In this document: piece by piece, positions 36,401 through 47,234 of the stretch
Position numbering within the stretch: the first letter of the stretch is position 1
How the letters are laid out: every line of letters begins with the position of its first letter
Source: Mobula hypostoma
Lineage: Eukaryota
Assembly (NCBI RefSeq): GCF_963921235.1
Contig: NC_086097.1
Coordinates: 49,168,001 to 49,232,000 of the forward strand
Direction: 5' to 3'
DNA length: 64,000 nucleotides
Made by a program: the position numbers and the translations under genes
Notes under the pieces: generated by a model
What the model was told of the DNA's origin: nothing
What the model saw: the letters and a program-made list of their open reading frames with translations, nothing else
Databases searched by the model: none

Positions 36401-38732
36401 AAATGGTTCATGCTCACAAAACTCTGTGTTCCATTCTGATTTGAAATTTCAAATAGAACCTTAAAAATAAAACATCTGAATGCCTCTCACTATATACTCT
36501 ATAGATCTTGTTTGTGGATAATATTGAGATAATATCTTACACTTTGAACAGAGACGCAATTTTCACTAAGTTGTTTATGATGTATTTGTATACACGCTTG
36601 CATGATTTCTCTTTTCAGACTCTCAGTGAGTCCATGGACATTAGGAATCAATTTCTACCTTTGTCAGTGGGGAATCACAGCAATTGGCAACCCATGTCAA
36701 ATAATTCAAGGGATTATACACAGTTTTTACCATTAGCTCTGATATAGAATGCCCTGGAATTTCCTCCAGACAGTCTTCCCCGCAGGAGGCACAAAATTGG
36801 AAACTGACCCCTGCCGTTGCAAGTATCAGTTTAGATCAACAACCTCAATCAAAAAGAGAATGATTGGTTATTCACCTCATTGCAGTTTATGGGACCTTGC
36901 TACGCACAGAAACACAGCTCATTTGTTTCTGTAACAAGACTCACTGAACTTCCAGAATCATTTACTGTAAAACCAAGCTCCTTGAGATGTTTCTGAAAGA
37001 TTGGGTATTATGCAAATACAAAGAAGTCATCATTCATGTCAATTCTAAACGTGAAGAATGTTAAAGAAATGCGTTTTCCATTCAAACTTAAGGAAAGAAA
37101 AGACATTCACTTTGAGCACGAGCACTGCATTAAACTAGTCACATCACTTCATCTTTAGTAGTGATATTAGGCAATTGATCGCCTGTACACCTCAGGGCAA
37201 AAGTTCAGCTGTACTGTCTTCTGAAACATGATAAGGTTTTCTCCCCCATCAAATAGCAAGATTAAACAAAATTCTTTTAACATCTAATGCACGCAAAGGA
37301 ACCATTTCTAAACCAAAACAACCAACTTCCAGTGCCAGTTTTCCTTAGCACGCAATTTTCCATGCCAGGGGACACCCCAATGCTAATTTTGAGTCTGCTA
37401 ATTGTCCAGGTTGTTTTTCATTAACTTCAGCTCAGCATTTTACATGAGCATCCCTCATAGGCTGGTGGGTAAATTGTCCTCACTGGAACTCGAATCCCCT
37501 CTCTGACAGTAAGACCCCAGTCAGTCTGATTTAGCCACAACATCTGAAGCTCCATCGCGCTAAGCACTGGTGCCCCCCCCCTGCGGCCCCACCCAGGGTG
37601 TGTTTACACTGCCAGCTCACAACTGTACTACCAGATCCAGCTCAAACCTCATCAGGTTCGCTGATGATATAACAGTGGCGGACCTCATCAGCAACCATGA
37701 TGAGTTGCCGTACAAAGAGAAGGTTGAAAGGTTTGCCAGATGGTGTGAGAACAGCCTGAGTTTCAACATGGACAAGACAAAAGAGATGATTGTGGACTTC
37801 AGGAAGGCGCAGGTCAATCACTCTCCATTGCACATCAATGGCTCTATTGTGGAAAGAGAGCAGAGCACAAAGTTCCTTGGTGTGGGCATAATGGACATAA
37901 CCAACAACATCTCCTCATCAGTCGAAAAGGCACAGCAGCATCTACACTTTCTGAGGAGATTAAAGCATGCAAGGCTCTCTTTCTCTACTCTAACAACTTT
38001 CTACAGGATCACCATCGAGAGTGTCCTGTCTGGCTGTATCACTGTGTAGTACAGAAGCTGTAAGGCAACAGACCATAAGACCCTACAGAGGATAGTAAAA
38101 ACTGCTGAGAGGATCACCAGGGTCACCCTCCCCTTATTTGTGATATTTACCAGGAACATTGAAGGTCTCGAAGCATTGTTGAGGACTCCTATCCCACAAT
38201 CTCTTTGACTTACTACTATTATGAAGGAGATACAGGAGCATCAGGACTAGAACGGCCAGACTGAGTAACAGCTTCTATTTTCAGGCTGTGAGACTAATGG
38301 ATACCCTTCCTCCACTAAGGTCTCGTCACTAGCTCAGCAAGCTTTTACTGTTTACTGTTAGTTGTTTACCATTTACCTGTACTGCACACTACATACACAT
38401 TGAATGGTATTCCATATTTTATTAACATTTTGTGGTAATGTTTTGTTTTATGTGCTGTCTGTAATATATGTTTTGTGGGTGCACTGTGGTCCACAGGAAC
38501 ATCGTTTTGTTTGGTTGTATATTTGTATAGTCAGGTGTCAATAAACTTGAACTTGATGATGATAATAACATTACTTTTCAATGTCTGTGAAATCACTTAT
38601 TTTAAACATGCAAAAAAGAGTATCACAGTTTTCACAGAAGGAAATTGGTAACTAAAAGACTGAAATGGATTATCTTACCTGATTGAAGGGCCTTACGCGG
38701 ACTGCAACTTTTAAAGTACTTGCATTAAGCAT
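3260..38732 (-). CDS. KIF28: Kinesin-3 family motor protein, KIF28/KLP-6-like (spliced; 9 coding exons in window, 3' part outside the window)
   Basis: Exons at 38679-38732, 35567-35758, 30118-30324, 29983-30018, 23456-23677, 14565-14719, 8155-8266, 5840-5907 and 3260-3402 join in frame. Motifs: [17 protein letters not shown]-loop [19 protein letters not shown], switch I NTSSSRSH, switch [51 protein letters not shown]. The kinesin-3 call is firm. The KIF28 subfamily call rests on recalled similarity ([25 protein letters not shown]). Confidence 0.85.
3625..3962 (-). mobile_element. CR1 LINE 3' fragment
   Basis: Highly similar to 33875-34185. Confidence 0.75.
5840..5907 (-). CDS. KIF28: Kinesin coding exon 8 ([22 protein letters not shown])
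   Basis: ttttcag| acceptor, AG|gtaaag donor, 68 nt, phase 0-2. Confidence 0.92.
8155..8266 (-). CDS. KIF28: Kinesin coding exon 7 ([37 protein letters not shown])
   Basis: atacag| acceptor, ATG|gtgagt donor, 112 nt, phase 2-0. Confidence 0.93.
8308..14400 (-). mobile_element. Nested stack of Rex1/Babar-type LINE fragments
   Basis: RT peptides [20 protein letters not shown]...KFADDTT, YRPVALT, QFAYR; (atcaga)n tails. The host copy is split by inserts at about 8998-10455 (-), 11092-13215 (-) and 13667-14070 (+). Confidence 0.85.
11336..11432 (-). mobile_element. Short Penelope pLTR fragment with a hammerhead motif, inserted in a Rex1 tail
   Basis: Flanking repeat cataagtt(a/g)taa; minus strand CTGACGA-aaggtctcggccctc-GAAAC-GTT-gactg. 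Confidence 0.7.
14565..14719 (-). CDS. KIF28: Kinesin coding exon 6 (switch II: VFADQH...[10 protein letters not shown]...[12 protein letters not shown])
   Basis: tagcag| acceptor, AG|gtgagc donor, 155 nt, phase 0-2. Confidence 0.93.
15050..17480 (-). mobile_element. Degenerate CR1 LINE cluster with nested CR1 tails
   Basis: [47 protein letters not shown]; (ccatagaa) tail at about 16291. Confidence 0.8.
18803..18897 (-). mobile_element. Penelope pLTR fragment with a variant hammerhead (CTGCTGA)
   Basis: cacacaaaatgctggaggaactcagcagg...gtcgacgtttc...cccttcagcaggactga; abuts a Tc1-like end at about 18723-18800. Confidence 0.7.
19268..20198 (+). mobile_element. Penelope-like element: inverted pseudo-LTRs around a GIY-YIG endonuclease C-terminal remnant
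   Basis: 15-bp TSD gatctcaaacctcca (19253-19267 / 20199-20213). About 370-bp inverted arms (about 19321-19696 vs 19826-20197). Peptide [28 protein letters not shown]. One hammerhead motif per arm. Confidence 0.85.
20118..20155 (+). ncRNA. Minimal type I hammerhead ribozyme motif (Penelope pLTR)
   Basis: tagtc-CTGACGA-agggtctcggcct-GAAAC-GTC-gactg. Stem I is uaguc/gacug; palindromic ACGU replaces stem III; predicted cleavage after C20150. Confidence 0.75.
22541..22701 (-). mobile_element. 161-bp Penelope-derived fold-back insertion with a hammerhead motif
   Basis: 14-bp TSD attatgtatagtaa/attacgtatagtaa; 33-bp inverted arms (22619-22651 / 22671-22703). Confidence 0.85.
22636..22672 (-). ncRNA. 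Minimal hammerhead ribozyme motif, intact core, sense to the kinesin pre-mRNA
   Basis: Minus strand reads gtc-CTGACGA-agggtcttggccc-GAAAC-GTC-gactg. Confidence 0.7.
23456..23677 (-). CDS. KIF28: Kinesin coding exon 5 (VKDLL...switch [12 protein letters not shown]...FQQ)
   Basis: ttttaaag| acceptor, CAG|gtattg donor, 222 nt, phase 0-0. Confidence 0.93.
24011..24199 (+). mobile_element. Second-family Penelope-like fold-back element with a decayed hammerhead motif
   Basis: About 54-bp inverted arms (24011-24064 / 24108-24162) enclosing CTGATGA-a-gatgtca-gagtt-tgtcatc-GAAA; flanking repeat aagtaaaa. Confidence 0.7.
24375..25276 (-). mobile_element. Solo LTR, 902 bp
   Basis: TG...CA termini (tgttac / gtcaca) and 4-bp TSD tcac (24371-24374 / 25277-25280). 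On the minus strand, a TATA-like gataaaaa near 25035 precedes AATAAA near 24460. CpG-rich. Confidence 0.85.
26040..26400 (+). mobile_element. Old CR1 LINE 3' fragment
   Basis: MKGDFI...[14 protein letters not shown]...TFKMELDR. Confidence 0.7.
26562..29602 (+). mobile_element. Near full-length hAT transposon (ZMYM1-like transposase), inactivated
   Basis: 8-bp TSD gctgtatc/actgtatc (26554-26561 / 29603-29610) and imperfect TIRs cagtggcata/taggcacctg. Transposase pieces include [40 protein letters not shown] and [11 protein letters not shown], broken by stops (27412, about 27523, 27995) and frameshifts. Confidence 0.9.
29983..30018 (-). CDS. KIF28: Kinesin coding exon 4, 36-nt mini-exon ([12 protein letters not shown])
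   Basis: ttttttgtag| acceptor, CAG|gtatgt donor. Supplies the conserved EIYNE motif and is not in the ORF track. Confidence 0.92.
30118..30324 (-). CDS. KIF28: Kinesin coding exon 3 (P-loop: ERIFNDLG...[12 protein letters not shown]...IEFY)
   Basis: Walker A GQTGSGKS; gaaag| acceptor, TAT|gtaaga donor, 207 nt, phase 0-0. Confidence 0.93.
30490..35190 (+). mobile_element. Stack of degenerate CR1 LINEs (plus-strand hosts; minus-strand CR1 insert at about 33865-34475)
   Basis: [28 protein letters not shown], repeated CR1 3' segments; reverse CR1 ORF at 34006-34278. Confidence 0.8.
32145..32438 (+). mobile_element. RTE-type LINE 3' fragment inserted in CR1
   Basis: [28 protein letters not shown]...W, ending directly in a (TGA)5 tail. 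Confidence 0.75.
35567..35758 (-). CDS. KIF28: Kinesin coding exon 2 ([13 protein letters not shown]...[12 protein letters not shown]...RYIDQ)
   Basis: ttttgtaag| acceptor, CAG|gtcagt donor, 192 nt, phase 0-0. Confidence 0.92.
37500..38555 (+). mobile_element. Rex1/Babar-type LINE 3' fragment
   Basis: ORF 37570-38049 with RFADD...[11 protein letters not shown]...[12 protein letters not shown]; tail aataaacttgaacttga. Confidence 0.85.
38679..38732 (-). CDS. KIF28: Kinesin coding exon 1 ([18 protein letters not shown])
   Basis: ATG at 38732; donor CAG|gtaaga. An acceptor ctcttcag| at 38743/38742 implies a further upstream exon. Confidence 0.9.
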
Positions 38733-40258
38733 TACCGAGGTTCTGAAGAGAAGCGATTCCGTTATTAAAACAGTACAGTGGAAACAATCAAATGAAACTA
38801 TACAGTGAGTGAGTTCACCTGTTTCAGTGTCGGAAGTGCACTTGGCTTTTGACAGTTGCTTGTTGTGGTTTTTTGTCCGTGGTGGTGTGAGGTTGATGAC
38901 CTTTGTACAGGAGCAATCAAGTACATATGATTCAATATCAAAAACATTCCTGAAACTGAAGGATGCCTAATCAAACCTTGGCACTTACCCCATTGGTAAC
39001 TATAATAGTGCAACAGAGGGAGAAGTTACTGAATTATTCTGTGAAAGAATATTAATATTTTATGTGTTTCCATCCATGCTACAAAAACTGAAATGCTTAA
39101 AGTCACTGGAATGTGGGAATGGTAGGTTATTTACATACAAAAAATAGCTACTTTGGGTTTTACCTTGTATCAAAGTTTTGAATTTTTTATGTAAGCAATT
39201 TATTACTGAGGTTCAAGTTTACAAAGTTCATTATTAATTTAATGAAGAGTCTCATACAAATGGTAATTGCAATGAGGTGAGCTTGAATCTGCTGAAGGTT
39301 TCATATAACCTCATGCCTAATGAGAAGAGAAATATATTTATCAAGGTTTGTAAATGCATACAAGAGTTTTTGTTCTATCATGTGCAGACTGAATCTCATT
39401 TTTACATTAATATAATATCCATTATTCCAATCAGTTGTGGTGTATTAACCTCAGTTATCTTCAAAATTTCCCCTTGTTAGTCAACACAACTAAGTTTTCA
39501 GCACAAGAGACTTTGGCAGTGTGTGATAATAAAATATTCACTGTAATGATCAAATATTTGAAAATCTCTTTCTCCTTGCGCCAGATTTAAGCTTATGTAG
39601 GAGAAAATCCCACCAAAGTTCAGGAAAAGTATATAATTTAAAAATGACTAGAGTAACATTGGACTCTTGTTTGAAAAAAAAAACAGGCAATCAACAGTTG
39701 AAAGTTTGGTAAAGCATTAACACCTATACCTCTCCAATTTTGGGCATCTCGCAAAGCAGTAAGGCACCCTGTCTCTCCATGAGAACACTTTTAAGTTGAA
39801 CACTACCAACCTCTGACACTTTGGCCCATCCTCCACAACCAACGCTTGCTTAGACAGTTCAGACAGAAAATTGCAAAATGACAATTTACAGTACAGAAGG
39901 AGCCCATTCAGCCTACTTGTCTGTGCTGGCCCTGTGCATCAGTGGTCTGGTTTACAGCCAGTTGTCTCCCCATTATCCAGTTATTCCAACTACTTTGTGA
40001 ATGCGGAAATTAAATCTGTTTCCTTAACTAGCCATTCCAGACTCTAAACACTTGTTATGCAAGACAAATATTTCTTTGTGTCACTTCCATGGTCACCTCA
40101 TTCTGTGTTCCACAACTCCTGACTCTGCCATGAATAGGACAAGTTTCTTTCTGTCTACTCTCTTAATACCCTTCATTATATTATACCCATTCTGTAAGTT
40201 CTAATCTATTGAGCAATATTGGGGAAGTGACCTATCAACATCAACTAATGCACCTGTA

Positions 40259-40320
40259 GGTCCAAACCAGTTTAAATTTGGCACCTAGTGGTCCAAACCA
40301 GTTTAAATTTGGCACCTGGT
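40259..40320. repeat. 31-bp tandem duplication
   Basis: ggtccaaaccagtttaaatttggcacct(a/g)gt x2. Confidence 0.9.
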
Positions 40321-41908
40321 GTGTTGAAGGAGAGGAACATTAGCTAACATAAGCATAGGAAACTCTCGAGCATCTACATTCTCCAAAGTTGAATGCATGT
40401 TCCAGGTTATTAGTAAAGTTCCCAAAATAAAACCTCATGATCTTCTTCCCCAATACCATGCCGGGCCTCCTTTCTCAGTCTCCACAGTCAGCCAGCCTCC
40501 CTTCTTCCCCACCTTCTCCACCTTCTCCTGCCCAAATCTCCATCACAAACTCCGTCCAATTACAACTCTATTCACCCGGTCTCCATGGCCTGCCAACAAT
40601 TTGGCCCCAGTGTCGCTACCCTGGCTTGCCATTTCCCAAATGGGCCAGTAGTTAGTCTCCCAACTCTATCCGCTGGAGAAGAGTACCGGGGCATTTCAAC
40701 ATCAAGTTTCAATTGAATTTTTCTATTACAAGGCCAAAATTATCAGTCTTGCATAGCATTAATATCTCTGTTTAGCATCGTATAGAGTACACTGGAATTC
40801 TGATCAAGAAGGTTAAGAATGTTAATGCAGCTAGCAACCAGGAAGGTTTATGGTACAATGGTGTTTAAAAAAAAAACAGCATTTTTGTACCTGCCAATGT
40901 AAGTATGCTTGTCATTTGAGAAGTGATTTCTTTGTCTGACTGATGCTGAGTATGTTCATTAGACCAATTTCTGTAATTGTCTGAGATGAGAATATGCATG
41001 TATTCAGTGGAGCTTAGAATAGTTAGAGAAGATCATATTGAAGGGACCGAGAAGGCAGGTGCTAAATGGTTTCTTTGTCTGTCTAGAGTCTTGAAATAGG
41101 GGCAAATTTTAAGGATAAGTGATCAGCTATTTTGGATTGAGGTAAGTTATTCTGTATACTGAGATTTAAAATCAATCATTTTTGGGGACCTAAGGAAAAC
41201 AAGAGACAAAGGAACAATCAGCAGTGCGGTCTGAGGAAAGGGGATTAGTTATAACCTTTGTTACCAGGTTCAGGAACAATTATTATCCCTCAACCATCAG
41301 GCTTCTGAACCAGAGAGGATACTTTCACTCATGCCAACACTCAACTGATCCACAATCTATGACCTCACTTGTAAGGACTCTATAACTCATGTTCTCGATT
41401 TATTGTGTATTATTTAGTTATTATTTTTCTTTTTTATGTTGCACAATTTGTTGTCTTTTGCACATTGCTTGTTTGTCTTTGTGCACAGTTTTTCATTGCT
41501 TCTGTTGTGTTTCTTTGTATTTATTGTGAATGCCTGCAAGAAAGTGAATGTCGGGGTAGTATATGGTGACATATATATTCTTTGTTTTTTTAAGGTTGTC
41601 ATAGCTGGGGGTGGAAATGGAGATAAACTTCCACTATCTATTAAATGCTCCCAATGGCATGTGCCTCAAATAGCTGCTGACAACCATGTCCAGCCCAGCA
41701 GAACTATTTCTACTGACAGGAGAAGAGGCAAAGGTGGGATACTAGTGCCTTAAAACCTCAAAATTGGCGCTTTGGGCAGGTTTGTGTATCATGTAGACAG
41801 CTAGGACACAACATCCATGGTCAACCCTGACCAACGGATGGCCTCATATGCACTTTATTAATAAATTTATTTTGAACTTTCTGAATAGTGAAATAGACTC
41901 TAGAATAC

Positions 41909-42000
41909 TGTTGCCTTTGTTTCTTATGTTTAAATGTCCTTTGTTTCTTTTTTTTAAATGTTGTCCTTTGTTTCTTATGTTTCAATGTTGTCTTTTGTTC
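41909..42000. repeat. T-rich minisatellite, about 3.5 units of 22-27 bp
   Basis: Repeated tgt(tg)tcctttgtttcttatgtttaaa. Confidence 0.75.
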
Positions 42001-42708
42001 TGATTTAGATTGTCCTTCCTGTAACACACTCAGATTTAGCATTGGATGTTAATAATGAAACTGAATCATGTAGATAGGGAATGAATGAGAGACGAAAGGA
42101 GGGAGTAAGATTTTATTTACACACCAGGAGGATCAATTAGATTTTACTTTACCTTGCTTCACACACCATTATTTACAGCATCTCAGGGCAAGATCTAGAA
42201 ATGTTGTGTTAACTAATTAACCATCACCGCTGTACCAATTGACAACTCGTGTGGCCTGGACACTTGATACTTTAGCCTGGAATGATTTTACATGATCTAT
42301 CACAAACCAACACCAACAATGGGAAAGAGATAAGCAGGTAGACCCAGAAGAAGCCAGAATGGCATTGTGAAGTTCCTCTTTAGCAGCATGGGCCTTGCTG
42401 CCAATAAGGCCAAAGTAAGCCAGCAATTTACTCTTCATTGAAAGGTAGCTGAGGAGCCCGTTCCCATGCTGAATGACTCTACGACACTCTATAATGTACT
42501 TTTGGAATGCAGGAAATGCAAACTCTTGGACCAGCACTGAGGATTGGTCATGTGGAAACAATAGTCCAATTAGATACAATAAACGTTCATGGAGTAGAAT
42601 TTTCCAAGGTGGGATAAACTGCTAAACCTAACAAGAATCTGTCACTGGAAATGTGAGATATATATAATTTTATTACATTATGGGGAAACTCAATTGATAT
42701 TGAAGCAG

Positions 42709-43118
42709 CACACATCAAAGTTGCTGCTGAACGCAGCAGGCCAGGCAGCATCTCTAGGAAGAGGTGCAGTCGACATTTTAGGCCGAGACCCTTCGTCAGG
42801 ACTAACTGAAGGAAGAGTGAGTAAGAAATTTGAAAGTTGGAGGGGGAGGGGGAGATCCAAAATGATAGGAGAAGACAGGAGGGGGAGGGATGGAGCCAAG
42901 AGCTGGACAGGTGATTGGCAAAAGGGATACGAGAGGATCATGGAACAGGAGGTCCGGGAAAAAAGACAAGTGGGGGGGGAACCCAGAGGATGGGCAAGGG
43001 GTATATTCAGAGGGACAGAGGGAGAAAAAGGAGAGTGAGAGAAAGAATGTGTGTATAAAAATAAATAACAGATGGGGTACGAGGGGGAGGTGGGGCATTA
43101 GCGGAAGTTAGAGAAGTC
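42709..43118 (-). mobile_element. Penelope pseudo-LTR copy (same family as 19268-20198), mutated hammerhead
   Basis: Near-identical to 19305-19696; flanking repeat gaagcag; hammerhead at 42767-42804 has GAAAC changed to AAAAT. Confidence 0.85.
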
Positions 43119-44205
43119 GAAGCAGGAAAGGAATAATGCTATGATACAGCAAGAACACTCAAACAAACAGAAAATCAGCTTACAAAATGAATTACTTTAG
43201 ACATTCTATTATTTAACAGAGATTAATGTCTTATCTTTTATTCACATCAGAATGATCAAAAGTAAAATGTATTTTATTTCAAATAGTCTGAATCAAATGG
43301 CATCTCATGTATATTGTATACATTTCTCTGACAGTAAATTGGACCCTTGATACTATAAAATAATTTTTAAAAACTTGCCCAGTACAACTCTTACTTTTGT
43401 ACAAGACTTAGGACAGCCAGGTGTTCTGGTTTCTCCTTTCTGCTCTCTACTGCATGGTAGTTAAGTCATAAGCGTGAAGCTACAGCAGAAACGCACATCC
43501 TATTTCAAACCCGGTAACAATATGCCACATGTTATTCTTTTTAAATATCCTGTCCAATTAATCATTCCTCGTGTTCAGTTACTGAGCCTCTCTCCACTGG
43601 CATTGATTTAATGGCCATAATAGATGCTATTAATTTAAATGACAGATGAAAACTTGTCAGATTTAATAATGCTTTATTCATTTTTGTATTCTATTAAAAT
43701 AAAATACATATAGATATTAAGGCCAGCCAGGTCAACTATTTTGCACTTCACTATGTGTCACATACATTTATCAAAGCCTACAGTTAAATTAACATGTTTT
43801 CATATACAGTAGATCACAAATTTTCACTGTGGAATATATCCAAGAGTTCTAAATGATTAATTATATTGTATGTAAACAGTATGTATCCAATTGCATCCAT
43901 ACATTCTCCAAGAAAAGTGCCTTCTGCTTTAATTTTGCATCAGCTGTTAAAATTTCTTGGTTTGGATCAATTCAATTTGAACTAACTACAGCGCCAGCTT
44001 GTGGTGACTGGATCAAATGGCATGGAAAGTTTGACAAGGGCACGAATAATTTTACAGTGTAATGTTTGTCAAACTTATCCGGGGCTAGTATGTATTAGAA
44101 TATAGAATCTATTTAAAAGACTATCAGGTCAAGTAGTGAGGAATCATTTCAACTTGTATCCAATGTCACTTTGGTAGAAATGATACATGTTCTTCCTTGT
44201 TCTAA

Positions 44206-45400
44206 TGCCACAGTAGCATAGTGGTTAGAATACAGGCAACCCGGGTTCAATTCCCACCACTGCTTCCAAGGAGCTTGCACATTCTCCCTGTGACCACACT
44301 GATGATTCCTCAGGGTGCCCCGGTTTCCTCCCACAGTCCAAATGACACTTAGCTTATCTTCCGCTAAGATAGCAGCGTGTGCCAATGCAGTACCCTCTCG
44401 GGGGCCCTTTTATCTTTGTAAAACGTATTTTTTACGACCCTTAGACAATTCTACTCAAAGACCATCGGATACTGCAGGGCTACTCCATCACTGAGCCGCT
44501 CGTTCATCGGGTAGCTGGACTGGTGTCAGCGGCGGAGCCGGCTGAGATGTCGAAGGGGGTCAGCCAGGATGTTGAAGATATCAGAGTACCAGTCAGATAT
44601 CAGTCAGGATGTCAGAGGTGCCTGCCAGGTTATCAGAGGAGCTGGCCAGAATGCCGGAGGAATTGGTTTGGGTTCAGAGGAGCTGATCTGGCTGCAGACC
44701 CTGTTGCTGCCCGCTACTCAGAAGCATCAGAGCTGGTGCAGTATAACTGTGGAAGATTGTCTTGGGCATTTCACTTGCGATCGCTTGGACAGTGATAAGT
44801 AAGTTGCCACAGGCCTGTTACCTCTATCTAGTGGAGGGACAGTCAACGTGGGAGCTGTGTAGCCTCGGTTGTAGTGAGAACTAGACCTTAAGCCTCAGGC
44901 TTGCCCGCTGCTGCAGACCAGCAGAGAAGACGTGGAAGCACTACAGTGTGGTTGAGCTCAGCTGGGGCCTGCCCTCTCCTGTCAGTTCTGCCCTCCTGAG
45001 TTTGAGCAGTGAAATGACAGGCTGGATTGTGTGCATCTGTACCCTGCCAGGAGACCATACCCTCAATTGCTGGACATCGTCGCCCACTCTTGTACTCTAC
45101 ATGTTTTATTTTCAAGTGAATATGATTCTTTGGATGATATTTTGAATTATGTTACTCGCTATTTTTGAACGTTTGCTTGCTATATTGAATGTTTTGCACC
45201 TTGGCTCCAGAGATATGCTGTCTCGTTCAGCTGTATGGTTTGAATGATAATTAAACTTGATTTGCTTTGATTTGAAAGACAGACAGTTTGGTAAGGTAAT
45301 TGGTCATTGTAAATTGTCCCGTGATTAGGCTAAGACTGCATCGGGGGATTTCTGGGCGATGTGGCTGGATGGGCCAGAAGGGCCTATTGCACACAGTTTA
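44206..45400 (+). mobile_element. tRNA-derived V-SINE (HE1-like) interrupted by a ~930-bp non-coding retroposon (about 44348-45275)
   Basis: A/B-box-like head (tagcatagtggttag ... ggttcaattccc) and V-domain ccggtttcctcccacagtccaaa. The SINE resumes at about 45280 (aattggtcattgtaaattgtcc). The insert ends in a Rex1-like (ttgat)n tail. Confidence 0.7.
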
Positions 45401-45665
45401 AATATATTTTTAAAATTCTTTGGGAAGATGGAAAACTTTTCAGATTTCTTTTCAGATTTGTTTCTTTAGCAAATGTGAAGCTGAATTGGAGGAGAGAGAA
45501 AGCAGAACTAGATAAATGACAAATCAGTCTACAAAGTGGTCCCTGGGTTATGTGAGGTTTCTGTTTCCGATAGCTACTGTAAGCTGATTTCTCCATGTCA
45601 GAAATGTCCGCTTAATAAAACTACCCTCATTGAATTGCTCTTCTACAGTTGTTTCATTATATCAT

Positions 45666-46510
45666 TGAATATTGAATTGAATTGACTTTATTTCTTACAT
45701 TCTTCACATACATGAGGAGTAAAAATCTTTACGTTACGTCTCCATCTAAATATGCAATGTGCAATCATAGTAATTTATAATAATTCATAATAAATAGAAC
45801 AGTCAATGTAACATAGAAATACACTCAGATCAACATGAGTTAATCAGTCTGATGGCCTGGTGGAAGAAGCTGTTCCAGAACCTGTTGGGCCTGGCTTTTA
45901 TGCTGCAGTACCGTTTCCCGGATGGTAGCAGCTGGAATAGATTGTGGTTGGGGTGACTCGGGTTCCCAATGATCCTACGGGCCCTTTTCTCACACATGTA
46001 TTTGTAAATGTCCTGAATCATGGGAAATTCACAACTACAGATGCACTGGGCTGTCCGCACCACTCTCTGCAGAATCCTGTGATTAAGGGAGGTACAGATC
46101 CCATATCAAGCAGTGATGCAGCCAATCAGGATGCTCTTAATTGTGCCCCTGTAGGAAGTTCTTAGGATTTGGGGGCCCATACCAAACTTCCTCAACCGTC
46201 TGAGATGAAAGAGGTGCTGTTGTGCCTTTTTCATCACACAGCCAGTATGTACAGACCACGTGAGGTCCTCAGTGATGTGGATGCTGAGGAACTTAAAGCT
46301 GTTTACCCTCTCAACCCCAGATCCATTGATGTCAATAGGGGTTAGCCCTTCTCCATTCCTCCTGTAATCCACAACCAGCTCCTTTGTTTTTGCGACATTG
46401 AGGGAGAGGTTGTTTTCTTGACACCACTGTGTCAGAGAGATGACTTCTTCCCTGTAAGCCACCTTGTTACTGTTTGAGATTAGGTCAATCAATGTAGTGT
46501 CATCGGTAAA
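45666..46510 (-). mobile_element. Rex1/Babar-type LINE 3' fragment
   Basis: ORFs 46106-46492 and 45830-46063; (attga)n tail at the left end. Confidence 0.85.
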
Positions 46511-47234
46511 ATTTAACTAATGGGATATATACTGTATCCAGTCAATAATGAATATCATGAAGCAATATCATTATTACTGTTTGAAACGAAAGAAGAATTC
46601 ATGTAAAGCCAGATTTCTGTAAGTAGTAATTTATAACCCAGAGAGACGGCGTATTCTTTAAAAAGACATATTCAATAAGAGTTGAGTTCTGTTAATTTGA
46701 TCTCCATCAAAATTTAGAAGGTAGTTATATTGTACATTAAGGAAATGTGAAAGGTGGTTTCAAATTTTCCAAAAATTGGAAAAAAAAATTATTCAGAGTC
46801 TTGAATGTGAATCATACAGCAGAGAGAATTTAGTTAACTGGATAATAAGGAATTAAAAGATAGCATCAGTTGTGATAACTGAAACTAATGGATTCTTACA
46901 AAAACCCTTCTGTTCTTTAATACTCATTTGCAAAGGAAATTGATCATCATTACTAGGTCTGGCCTAATTTTGACCCCAAATCAACAGAAATTTGATTGAA
47001 TGAGAAACAACAAAACAAGGTGCCAGAAACACTCAGCAGGCCATGTTGCATCTCCGGAAACAGGCATCCCTTGTTACGGGCTCAAAATTTTAGTACTTAT
47101 GAACCAATAGTACTTCCACCAGGAAAACTGCAACTTCCCAAAAATGATTAAGATTGGGCCAACAATCCTGTTATAAATGAATAATTAGTAAATAAAATGT
47201 TTTCCTTGGCAGCAGAATAATATCATTAGATCAT

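Noticed and set aside
44206..44265. tRNA gene
   Set aside because: Only a degenerate A/B-box SINE head; no cloverleaf.
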